Positions 38,614 to 46,893 of a stretch of DNA of 64,000 bases are shown here, piece by piece. Source of the DNA: Acidimicrobiia bacterium. GTDB lineage: Bacteria > Actinomycetota > Acidimicrobiia > Spongiisociales > ZC4RG35. Both the position numbers and the translations under genes were made by a program. The stretch covers positions 7,672-71,671 of the forward strand of contig JBGTCK010000062.1 of assembly GCA_041748855.1 (NCBI GenBank), written 5' to 3'. Numbering within the stretch: position 1 is the first letter of the stretch; every line of letters starts with the position of its first letter. The notes under the pieces were generated by a model that did no database searches, was not told where the DNA came from, and saw only the letters and a list, made by a program, of their open reading frames with translations.

Positions 38614-38689
38614 TGGTGGTCAGGGACGGCGTCGATCCGTCGACCTCCGGTTTTTCAGACCGGCGCTCTACCGACTGAGCTACCTGACC
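38614..38689 (-). tRNA. tRNA-Phe (GAA)
   Basis: GGTCAGGTAGCTCAGTCGGTAGAGC...CTGAAAA...CCTGACCACCA; CCA encoded. Confidence 0.95.
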
Positions 38690-38719
38690 TCCCGAACCGA
38701 AACCCGGAGGGGATTCGGT

Positions 38720-38797
38720 TGGCGGGAACGACGGGATTTGAACCCGCGACCTTCGGCTTGACAGGCCGACGAACACTCCAGACTGTTCTACGCTCCC
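38720..38797 (-). tRNA. tRNA-Asp (GTC)
   Basis: GGGAGCG...CTGTCAA...GGTTCAAATCCC...CGTTCCCGCCA. Confidence 0.95.
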
Positions 38798-39072
38798 AGG
38801 AGTTGCACCTACAGAGTAGGTCCAGGGAAGTATATCTCCCACCGGGCACCACTCAACATCGCTTCGACTGGGGAGGGCGTCAATCGATATTCGCGAGACT
38901 CATACCTTTACGGCGGAGGAGAAAACCCATCGGGAAAGGGGACCCCGATTCTGGCCGGAGTCGTCGAGAAGTGTTGGAGGAAATCCGAGCACCAATCATA
39001 AAAACCCTGTTCCGGGGCACATTTTGGAACTTCATCCCATAGAATCGGGGTCAACCCGACGAGGAGGAGCGA

Positions 39073-39450
39073 TTGAGCCAAGAAGAGACACCTGCGGTTA
39101 CGAGCGAAACGACGAAAGGACCTCTGGGGCTTTTGGTCATCGGGGCGGGGTTGATAGTGGCCATCTGGGTGGTCTTCGGGTTGATCGCCGGTGAGTGGAA
39201 CCCGGGCACCATCTACACCGCGCTTGCGCTTTTGGTGCTGCTTTCGGCCTTTGGCATCGGTGGCATCTCGATCGGGGGGCAGACCAAACGGGTAATCGGG
39301 TGGTTTTTCGGGGTGATTGCCTTGTTGATAATTCTCAACGACATCCGTTTCAACGGATTCCCCAACGATGCCGTTGATTGGATCGCCTACATCCTGTTCA
39401 TCGCCGGTTCAGTGATGATGTTTCTTGGTGCCCGCCAACTCGCCGACTGA
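39073..39450 (+). CDS. Four-TM hypothetical membrane protein
   Basis: GGAGGAG RBS; hydrophobic segments. Confidence 0.75.
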   Translation: MSQEETPAVTSETTKGPLGLLVIGAGLIVAIWVVFGLIAGEWNPGTIYTALALLVLLSAFGIGGISIGGQTKRVIGWFFGVIALLIILNDIRFNGFPNDAVDWIAYILFIAGSVMMFLGARQLAD

Positions 39451-39465
39451 CGTCACACATTCCGG

Positions 39466-40254
39466 TCAGTTATCGAAGAAGGTTTGAAGCTGGGTGCCGA
39501 GGAACGTGATACCTTCGCGGGTGACGTGGCATAGATCACGCCTGAGATGCGCGACGCTCAGAGGGCCGAGGTCGGGACCTCGCTCGACCAGCTCGTAGTT
39601 GGCGGCGAGCGTGTCGGCGATGACGCTGCCTTCATTGGGGATCTGGTTCCCGTTGGTGACTTCACACTCCTCACCTTCATAGAAGTTGAGTGGTGACACC
39701 CATACCGGGATTCCGGGGTCGATCTCCCAGATCTTGGCCAGAACGGTTTCGGCGTTCTCCAGGGTCAGACCGGCAGAGGCTCGTTCGCAGAGGTTGAACC
39801 AGGCTCCGTCGAAGCCGCCTTCGGGACGAAGCGGGAGATAGTGCTCGTCCCATCCAGCATCGTTCACCGCCCAGTACTCGACGGTGTGGCCTGCTCTTGC
39901 CGTATTGATCAAGTGGTCGACGCTTGACACGTCGAGATACCCGGATGCCGCATGGTGGGTGTTGGAGCAACCGATCACCGAGACAGCGTGGTGGGGACCT
40001 TTCGGAAGCGTTGTGGTCGTTGTGGGATCGGAGTCAGGGTCAGAGCTCGTAGTGGTGGTGGTCTCATCTGTGGAAGTGGTGGTCGGGGCCACTGTGGTGG
40101 TTGTCGTCGACTCCGGAGCGTCATCCATCGATTGACACTGGGGCCGATCCGGCTGCTGCTCGCACCTCGGGTCATTTGCCAGTGCCGGCAGCGCAACTGC
40201 GAGGACTCCCAGGACCGTTGTCGCCAGCAACCTCCGCGTCCATTCGACTTTCAT
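39466..40254 (-). CDS. Secreted protein with Thr linker and SGNH-hydrolase-like domain
   Basis: Signal peptide ending ALA; VIGCSNT (block I-like) and DLCH (DxxH). Confidence 0.65.
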   Translation of the reverse strand: MKVEWTRRLLATTVLGVLAVALPALANDPRCEQQPDRPQCQSMDDAPESTTTTTVAPTTTSTDETTTTTSSDPDSDPTTTTTLPKGPHHAVSVIGCSNTHHAASGYLDVSSVDHLINTARAGHTVEYWAVNDAGWDEHYLPLRPEGGFDGAWFNLCERASAGLTLENAETVLAKIWEIDPGIPVWVSPLNFYEGEECEVTNGNQIPNEGSVIADTLAANYELVERGPDLGPLSVAHLRRDLCHVTREGITFLGTQLQTFFDN

Positions 40255-40299
40255 CGGTGATTCCCTTCTCGGCTTGATCACAACATGCCGGAAGGGCTG

Positions 40300-40326
40300 T
40301 CAAGAGCGCTTCAACGAAAGTTAAAG
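40300..40326 (-). promoter_or_regulatory. 11-bp-period TTGA direct repeats (response regulator-type site)
   Basis: TTTA-N7-TTGA-N7-TTGA; the 16-mer GTTGAAGCGCTCTTGA is 15/16 identical to 42461-42476. Confidence 0.6.
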
Positions 40327-40343
40327 GACACCCAAACGCGGAT

Positions 40344-40375
40344 GACCGCGGTGGCGGAATGCCGCCACCGCGGTC
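40344..40375. terminator. 14-bp perfect GC hairpin downstream of the 40387-40965 gene
   Basis: GACCGCGGTGGCGG-aatg-CCGCCACCGCGGTC; no U tract. Confidence 0.7.
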
Positions 40376-40386
40376 GGTGAATCGGC

Positions 40387-40965
40387 CTAGGGGAGGTAGA
40401 CCGACTCGATGGTCGTGACGAATCCGTCTTCGATGGTGATGTTCATCGGGGCTGGCATACCGGGGCTGATCCCGTAGACCGGCTCTCCGCTGTAGGAGCC
40501 GTTGAAGAGAGACGCGAGAGTGTCAGCATCGATGGTCAGGTACGTCTCCGGGCTAGTGCCAGAGATAACCTCGATCACAGCGCTATCGGCGAGATCGAGG
40601 ATCTCGACATCGTCCTCCGGGTCGAAGATGAAGAAGTCGTTGGGGACGTCCTCGCCTTCTTCGATGACACCGGCGTCGACAGCCGCCTTTCGGGCCTCTT
40701 CTCCGGTGAGGATCTCGGCGAGGTCGATCGTGACGACCGTAGAGCCGTTGTCACCGTTGACTGTGACGAATCCAAACCACTCGCCGTTGGACAGGCCTGT
40801 CGCTGGCTCTTCCGTTCCCGGAGGAGCCGGTACCACCGGCGCCGCCGGGCTGCCGTCCACGACTCTGGATGTGGGTATCAGCGCAGCGATGGCAAGCACG
40901 CCACCGACTACGACAACTCCGATACCCACGACGATTCCGACGATCCATTTTGTTGTTGTGTTCAT
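40387..40965 (-). CDS. Membrane-anchored extracytoplasmic hypothetical protein
   Basis: N-terminal TM helix, Pro linker, WFGFV, PNDFFI, C-terminal YLP. Confidence 0.75.
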   Translation of the reverse strand: MNTTTKWIVGIVVGIGVVVVGGVLAIAALIPTSRVVDGSPAAPVVPAPPGTEEPATGLSNGEWFGFVTVNGDNGSTVVTIDLAEILTGEEARKAAVDAGVIEEGEDVPNDFFIFDPEDDVEILDLADSAVIEVISGTSPETYLTIDADTLASLFNGSYSGEPVYGISPGMPAPMNITIEDGFVTTIESVYLP

Positions 40966-41100
40966 TTCTCAGGCGCTTTCTTTTCTAGATATAAAGGGGC
41001 GTGCCGGACCGTTCTGATTGGGCAGTATGTGTCCGACCCGGAATCAGACGTCGGTGCTCGCCCACCGGTTCCGGGAAATTCTTGAACTCTTGTTCGCGGA

Positions 41101-42141
41101 TCAGCTGAGCTGCTTCTTGGCTTCGGTTTCGCCGTCGATGATGCGGCCGGTGATTTCGTATCCCCGCTTGAGGTACATGGGGGCAGGCGACCCTTTGCCC
41201 TCTGACCAGCTCACATATAGAGCCGCGGCTCCGCGGGCCCTCATCTCATCTTCGACCAGGTCGAGCGCCTTGGCTCCGATGCCGCGACGTTGGTGGCGGC
41301 GGTCGATGAGCAAGCGCCAAAGGTAGGGGTGCGGGTGATGCTCCGTGCCCAAAGCGAGCATGACAAAGCCCACGAACTCACCATCGGCGGCTATCGCCCG
41401 CATCCACGGCAGCAACGGCGCGCCATCGACCTCCTCCGGGAAGAGCGCGTCGGCATACGACCACAGCATCGGGGCGACGAAGCTCTCCTGGGTCTTGTGG
41501 GTGGTAAGCTTGGCGACTGTCCCGTAGTTCTCCGCGGTGACCTCGATCAACTCGACCTTCTCGGGCGGTCCCTGCGGGCGGTTTTTCCAGTCCTCCCAGT
41601 CGGAGCGCAGCAGTCCGTAGATCCAATCGTCCGATACCTCGCCATCGAGCCAGAACGAGGACCGGGTGTGCCCCTCAAAGAGAAAACCGCTTCGCTCCAG
41701 CACCATTGCCGAAGCCGGGTTGTCGGGGTGAAGCATCCCGAAGACGCGGGTCACGCCGAGCTCATCGAACAGGTATCCGAGGAAGGCATCAACCGATTCG
41801 GAAGCGTATCCCTTGCCCCAGTTCTCGCTGGCGAAGGTGTAGCCGATCTCGGCAGATCGCCCGTCTTCGCTCATATGTAGAGCGAGATCGCCGAGGACCT
41901 CTCCATTGGAGCGGTCGCAGACGGCTGCCATCCACCACTCGCCGTTTTCGGGGCCACCCATGGTGACGACCGAGGCGACCATCGTCTCGGCCCGCTCGAC
42001 GGGGTAGGGAACTATCCAATTCTGATACTTCGCTACCTCGGGATCGCTGCGGCGCCGGGCGAGGTCGGCGGCATCGTCAGGTACAAAAGGTCGAATGAGC
42101 AGGCGTGGGGTTTCGATAGGGGTGAACACAGCGATATTCAA
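41101..42141 (-). CDS. Tandem GNAT acetyltransferase (RimJ/RimL-like plus SpeG-like domains)
   Basis: IETPRLLIR, WGKGYASE, NPASAMVLERSGF; second domain HQRRGIG, MYLKRGY. Confidence 0.88.
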   Translation of the reverse strand: MNIAVFTPIETPRLLIRPFVPDDAADLARRRSDPEVAKYQNWIVPYPVERAETMVASVVTMGGPENGEWWMAAVCDRSNGEVLGDLALHMSEDGRSAEIGYTFASENWGKGYASESVDAFLGYLFDELGVTRVFGMLHPDNPASAMVLERSGFLFEGHTRSSFWLDGEVSDDWIYGLLRSDWEDWKNRPQGPPEKVELIEVTAENYGTVAKLTTHKTQESFVAPMLWSYADALFPEEVDGAPLLPWMRAIAADGEFVGFVMLALGTEHHPHPYLWRLLIDRRHQRRGIGAKALDLVEDEMRARGAAALYVSWSEGKGSPAPMYLKRGYEITGRIIDGETEAKKQLS

Positions 42142-42180
42142 CCAATTCGGCGGCCGAGAAGTCGGTTGATTTTTTGCCGT

Positions 42181-42342
42181 TCAGTCGGACGGATCGTCCT
42201 CGGTGTGCTCTCTGATAGCGCGGGCGTCCTTGCGCTCCTGCTCATGGCGCGCCCCGTCCTCTTTGCGTTCCGCTTCGTAGCGTTCGTTCGACTCGATACG
42301 TTCGCGCTCGTGCCGCTCAGCTCTCTCTTGATCTGTTTCCAT
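42181..42342 (-). CDS. 53-aa highly charged protein with 11-residue repeats (not in ORF track)
   Basis: METDQERAERHERERIESNERYEAERKEDGARHEQERKDARAIREHTEDDPSD; AGGAAAAGG upstream. Confidence 0.65.
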   Translation of the reverse strand: METDQERAERHERERIESNERYEAERKEDGARHEQERKDARAIREHTEDDPSD

Positions 42343-42439
42343 GACCGGCCTTTTCCTGCGACGTCGATTGAGGATCGCTATCCAATTCTACCCGTGATCC
42401 CGACGAAGCTCCCAAGTTCCTCCAAACCGCTCCCGGATC

Positions 42440-42476
42440 TTGAGTGCAGCTTGACCGTGTGTTGAAGCGCCCTTGA
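42440..42476 (+). promoter_or_regulatory. Four TTGA boxes at exact 11-bp spacing upstream of the ferredoxin-ApbE operon
   Basis: TTGA at 42440, 42451, 42462, 42473. Confidence 0.7.
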
Positions 42477-42522
42477 GACGGTCGGGCGCAGGGTGTACCC
42501 ACAACTGTGAAAGGAACCGGAA

Positions 42523-42798
42523 ATGGCAACTGTTTGGATCGATACCGACGAGTGCATGGGAGCCGGGACTTGTGCCCAAATTGCCCCGCAGATCTTTGTG
42601 GACCGTGGTGACGGCGTATGGGCAGTGAAGGAGAGTGCCACTCTCTTCGACCGTGAGATCATCTTCGACGGGCTGGACGGCGAAGGGCATGGACCCGACG
42701 GATGTGAGGGTCGCGCCAGGATCCCCGGTTCGTTGCTCGAACTCGTAATCGAGGCCGCTGAAGAATGCCCTGGAGAGTGCATCCATGTCGAAGCCTGA
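42523..42798 (+). CDS. Ferredoxin (probably 3Fe-4S type)
   Basis: CMGAGTC...ECPGECI. Confidence 0.9.
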   Translation: MATVWIDTDECMGAGTCAQIAPQIFVDRGDGVWAVKESATLFDREIIFDGLDGEGHGPDGCEGRARIPGSLLELVIEAAEECPGECIHVEA

Positions 42799-43339
42799 AA
42801 CCAACCCGGCTCCAGAGTCTCCGGCCCCGCGGATCTCGAGAACGCCCCGGGCGAAGCAGTCTGTGCCGGTCTCGGTATTCGTGGGGATCATGGTGGTCCC
42901 CCTCGCTGCCGCAGCGTCGATGTTCCTGGTATCACCCCAGATCGATGAGCCGGCTGCATTCGCTGCGGAACCGATCGACGCCGGGACGGCAGTAGTTCCC
43001 GACCTCGCCCAGGACCTCCTCGTTGCATGTGGACCGGTTGCGACCGAGATGATCGAACTGGAGAAGGCAGGGGAGTTGACCACCCTGCAGGCGGCGGCCC
43101 TCGACGCGCTCCGACCGATCTGCGCCCAGGAGGGTCTGCCCCTCCCCGAGTCCTTAGATTCTCAGACGGTGCAGGTGGTCCTGACCAGGTCGAGCCCGAT
43201 CGCCAGCGGTGATCCCTCCGCCGGGTCTGACGACGACGGAGAGGACGATTGGGACGACTCGCTCGACTTTGACGACTCCTCAGACGATTGGGACGACTCG
43301 CTTGACTCTGACGACTTTTCCGACGACTCGGACGACTGA
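42785..43339 (+). CDS. Single-TM protein with a Cys pair and Asp-rich tail
   Basis: TM helix; ACGP..PIC; acidic C-terminus. Confidence 0.7.
   Translation: MSKPETNPAPESPAPRISRTPRAKQSVPVSVFVGIMVVPLAAAASMFLVSPQIDEPAAFAAEPIDAGTAVVPDLAQDLLVACGPVATEMIELEKAGELTTLQAAALDALRPICAQEGLPLPESLDSQTVQVVLTRSSPIASGDPSAGSDDDGEDDWDDSLDFDDSSDDWDDSLDSDDFSDDSDD
43244..43321 (+). repeat. 39-bp tandem duplication encoding DDWDDSLD(F/S)DD(S/F)S
   Basis: Units 43244-43282 and 43283-43321. Confidence 0.9.
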
Positions 43340-43340
43340 T

Positions 43341-43637
43341 ATGGAAGACGTGACGACCCCTGTGATCAGCGGAATAGTGGTGCTCCTCGCCGGTCTCCTC
43401 GCTTTCATCGTTGTTGCCAGCGGCGAACCCGAGATTGCGGGGCCCACCGTCGCCGGAACCGCAGTGGGACCGACCACGTTCTCCGACCTCGACCCGGCGG
43501 TCGAGCGTGTTCTGCTCAGCACCGGCGACGCCTGGATCTTCCCGTCCGACGCTGGACCGGGACTCCCTGCCGAGCTCGGCCGGGTGCTAGATGCCTACCA
43601 AGCAACCCTGATGATCCCCGTCGGGGAAGGCCAATGA
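43341..43637 (+). CDS. Small single-TM hypothetical protein
   Basis: Operonic spacing; N-terminal TM helix. Confidence 0.65.
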   Translation: MEDVTTPVISGIVVLLAGLLAFIVVASGEPEIAGPTVAGTAVGPTTFSDLDPAVERVLLSTGDAWIFPSDAGPGLPAELGRVLDAYQATLMIPVGEGQ

Positions 43638-43933
43638 GTCGCTTCGGCGAGGCCCGCTGGCAACGGCTGGCGGCTTGGAGCGGGGCGGCGTTGGCGTGGG
43701 GCTCGACGATCACTGCGGTGGTCCTCGAACCGGCCCGGATCGCGCCGTCGACTCCTGATGGGCAGGTCGAGACGGCCACCCTGCAGGCACCCCTGCCCGC
43801 CCAGCCCGGGTCCGGCCTCCTGGTCATCCGCTATCAGGCCGATTCAGGCGAGTCCATGCAATCGCCTGCCCTGGCACCAGCTCCAGCTCGGCCGGCTCAG
43901 GCCGCCCCCCAGCCCACCAGCAGCGGCTCATGA
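43634..43933 (+). CDS. Small membrane-anchored Pro/Ala-rich protein ending in PTSSGS
   Basis: ATGA overlaps at both ends. Confidence 0.7.
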   Translation: MSRFGEARWQRLAAWSGAALAWGSTITAVVLEPARIAPSTPDGQVETATLQAPLPAQPGSGLLVIRYQADSGESMQSPALAPAPARPAQAAPQPTSSGS

Positions 43934-44781
43934 AGCAGGGAAGCTTCAAGGCGATGGGGACGACGGTTGAAGCCTGGTTCGACACAGTCGATCGCACGGC
44001 AGCCATCGCCCGGTGGTTCGAGGAAGTGGAGAGCAGGTGCAGCCGGTTCCGGCCCGACAGCGAACTGAGCCGGATCAATCGCGACACCCCTGCGGAATCG
44101 AGGCCGTCGCTAATGATGTGGGAGGTGCTGTCCGCTGCAGACCGGGCCAGGACTGCTACCGGGGGTCTGGTTGATATTGGGGTCGGGTCGGCTGTCGCCG
44201 GCTGGGGCTACGACCGCACCTTTGCTGAAGTCACCGACATCGCCTCAGTTCGCGACCAGTCTCCAACTTCCGGCTGGTCACTTTGTCGGGGCGATCGGGT
44301 GCTGCGCCGGTCGCCGCGGACGTCGTTGGATCTGGGTGGTATTGCCAAGGGATGGGCGTGTGACCGTGCGGTGGAGAAGGGTCTCGGCAGAGTGGTGTCG
44401 GCGGGCGGAGATCTTCGCAGCGCCGACCCCGGCACCATCACCACGGTGATGGACGGTCGGGAGGGGATTGCGGCCAGGATCCACGTCGGAGTGGGCGCCC
44501 TCGCCACGTCCTCGATCACCAAACGCCGCTGGCGTGTCGGAGGCCGCGAGGTGAGCCATCTAGTCGACCCCCGAACGATGGAACCGGTGGAGACCCCTGT
44601 GCTAAGCGCCACCGTGGTTGCCAGAACCGCTGTTGAGGCGGAGGCGGGCGCCAAAGCCGTCTTGATCAAGGGCGTCGACGGCCTCGCCTGGGCGGATGCG
44701 ACCGAGTGGGTTCGGTCGGCGCTCGTCCTATGGCATGACGGTTCGGTCTTTGCCACCGCAGATGCGGAGCTGGTGGCATGA
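43930..44781 (+). CDS. apbE: FAD:protein FMN transferase (ApbE)
   Basis: AMGT, SRFRPDSELSRIN, DLGGIAKG, GGD, ATS, HLVDPRT; no signal peptide. Confidence 0.92.
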   Translation: MKQGSFKAMGTTVEAWFDTVDRTAAIARWFEEVESRCSRFRPDSELSRINRDTPAESRPSLMMWEVLSAADRARTATGGLVDIGVGSAVAGWGYDRTFAEVTDIASVRDQSPTSGWSLCRGDRVLRRSPRTSLDLGGIAKGWACDRAVEKGLGRVVSAGGDLRSADPGTITTVMDGREGIAARIHVGVGALATSSITKRRWRVGGREVSHLVDPRTMEPVETPVLSATVVARTAVEAEAGAKAVLIKGVDGLAWADATEWVRSALVLWHDGSVFATADAELVA

Positions 44782-45344
44782 GCGGCGAGTGGCTGGTGAT
44801 CCGCGGCTCGGGAATTGTGGCGTTCGCCTTGCTCAGTGCAGCGGTCATCTGGGGGTTGCTGGCATCGACGAAGCTGCTGCAGTCGGTAGTCAAGGCAAAG
44901 CCCCTCACCTGGTTCCACGAGTCGCTCGGTATGGGCGCTCTTATCGCGACCTTGGTTCACATATTCGTGCTCTCCATTCATGACTTCCTCGAGTTCAGCT
45001 GGGCAGAGATCTTGGTTCCCGGCTTGTCAGATTGGAAGCGACTTCCCGTCGCACTCGGGGTCGTCGCCTTCTACGGCCTGGTGGTCGTCTCGATGAGCTT
45101 CTATCTAAAGAAGAGGATCGGCCAGCGTGCGTGGAGATCGATCCACTACGGCTCCTTCGGTGTGTTCGTAGCGTCACTGATCCATGGGATTCATGCCGGT
45201 ACAGACTCGGCGCATCCGATGATGATCGGCATGTACCTCGGCTCCGTTGTCGTGATAATGCTGCTTCTGGCGCATCGGCTGATCTCTGCCTCCTCAGCGT
45301 CGCCAGCACCGGGAGTTCAAAAGCGGTCGGTGCCTTCGGAATAG
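44778..45344 (+). CDS. Ferric reductase-like / MsrQ-like diheme membrane cytochrome b
   Basis: RGSG, WFHESL, LVH, WRSIHY, LIHG..AGTD. Confidence 0.85.
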   Translation: MSGEWLVIRGSGIVAFALLSAAVIWGLLASTKLLQSVVKAKPLTWFHESLGMGALIATLVHIFVLSIHDFLEFSWAEILVPGLSDWKRLPVALGVVAFYGLVVVSMSFYLKKRIGQRAWRSIHYGSFGVFVASLIHGIHAGTDSAHPMMIGMYLGSVVVIMLLLAHRLISASSASPAPGVQKRSVPSE

Positions 45345-45444
45345 TTGAACGCTCAACGAGGTTGTTTCGGGAGACGGTTTGACGATGACCAGGGGAAAGT
45401 CTCTCCGTTTGCGGACTCTACGCTTTGCGTCGAAAGGAAACTTC

Positions 45445-46467
45445 ATGGAATTAGGACTAACCAGCTTCGCCGATGCCCGCAAGAACCCCGAGACAGGGGA
45501 GGGGATCAGCCACGGCGAGCGTCTCCGCAATGTCGTCGAGGAGATCGTTAGAGCCGACGAGGTTGGTCTCGATGCCTATGGCCTCGGCGAGCATCACCGC
45601 GCAGACATGGCCGCATCGGCGCCAGCGATCACCCTTGCCGCGGCTGCTGCCCGAACGGAGAGCATCCGGCTCGGATCGGCAGTGATCGTCCTGAGCTCCG
45701 CCGACCCGGTACGGACATTCCAGGACTTCGCCACGCTGGACCAGATCTCATCGGGACGTGCTGAGCTGATGGTGGGCCGCGGCTCGTTCATCGAATCGTT
45801 CCCCTTGTTCGGCTACTCACTCGAGGATTACGACGCCCTGTTCACTGAGAAGCTCGAGATGTTGCTGACCATCCGAGACAACGAGCGGGTCAGCTGGAGC
45901 GGAAAGTTCCGCGAACCGATCCAGGATCAGGGTGTCTACCCGCGACCGTTCCAGGATCCGCTGCCGATCTCTGTCGGTGTGGGTGGTACGCCTGCCTCGG
46001 TGGTGCGCGCCGGACGTCTGGGACTTCAGGTGGTCCTCGCCATAATCGGTGGTGAGCCGGCCCGGTTCCGCAGCCTGATCGACCTCTATCGCCAGACGCT
46101 GGTCGAGAACGACTACGACCCGGCAGACTTCCCCATCGCGGTCCATGCTCATGGTCATGTCGCAGAGGACACCGACCAGGCTGCCGAGGAGATCTTCCCC
46201 TCCTACGCGGCGATGATGACCCAGATCGGGCGCGAGCGCGGTTGGCCACCGATGACCAGACAGCAGTACGACGCAATGCGCAGCCCGAACGGCTCGCTGG
46301 TGGTAGGAGACCCCGACCATGTCGCCTCCAAGATCCTGCAATGGAAGGAGTGGCTCGACATCGAAAGGTTCATGCTGCACAACCCCGCCCAGCTTCCCCA
46401 TGAGAAGAACCTGCGCTCGATCGAACTGCTCGGCAAGGAAGTCTCATCGATTGTCAGAGGTCGCTGA
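45445..46467 (+). CDS. LLM-class flavin-dependent oxidoreductase
   Basis: GEHHR, LSSADPVR, GRGSFIESFPLFG, GGTPAS. Confidence 0.92.
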   Translation: MELGLTSFADARKNPETGEGISHGERLRNVVEEIVRADEVGLDAYGLGEHHRADMAASAPAITLAAAAARTESIRLGSAVIVLSSADPVRTFQDFATLDQISSGRAELMVGRGSFIESFPLFGYSLEDYDALFTEKLEMLLTIRDNERVSWSGKFREPIQDQGVYPRPFQDPLPISVGVGGTPASVVRAGRLGLQVVLAIIGGEPARFRSLIDLYRQTLVENDYDPADFPIAVHAHGHVAEDTDQAAEEIFPSYAAMMTQIGRERGWPPMTRQQYDAMRSPNGSLVVGDPDHVASKILQWKEWLDIERFMLHNPAQLPHEKNLRSIELLGKEVSSIVRGR

Positions 46468-46497
46468 CCCGGGAGTCATCCTGCCAGACTGGCCGCC

Positions 46498-46893
46498 ATG
46501 GGATTCAATCCGGTCAACCTGACGTTTCGCTTCCTGCTCGAGATCATCGGGCTCGTCGGACTCTTCCGGCTCGGGCTCGAGGTCGGAACCGGTCCCTGGA
46601 GGTGGATCCTGGCAGTCGGTTTCACCTTCGCCGCTATGGCTCTCTGGGCTACGTTCCGGGTCCCCGGTGACCGAAGCGCCAAGGGGGATGCCCCCTATCC
46701 GGTGTCGGGGCCGGTGCGGCTACTGATCGAACTGGTGGTCTTCGCGGCCGGTGCCGTCGGTTGGTTTGTCGCTGGGCCGAGTTGGATGGCGTGGGCCTAC
46801 CCGGGAGCTCTGACCCTCCACCACTTGGTCTCCTATGACCGGATCGCCTGGCTGATTCGTGGGGGGACGGAACCGGTCCCGGACTCTAAGTAA
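46498..46893 (+). CDS. YrdB/DUF2568 membrane protein
   Basis: NLTFRFLLE, LWATF, RLLIEL. Confidence 0.8.
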   Translation: MGFNPVNLTFRFLLEIIGLVGLFRLGLEVGTGPWRWILAVGFTFAAMALWATFRVPGDRSAKGDAPYPVSGPVRLLIELVVFAAGAVGWFVAGPSWMAWAYPGALTLHHLVSYDRIAWLIRGGTEPVPDSK

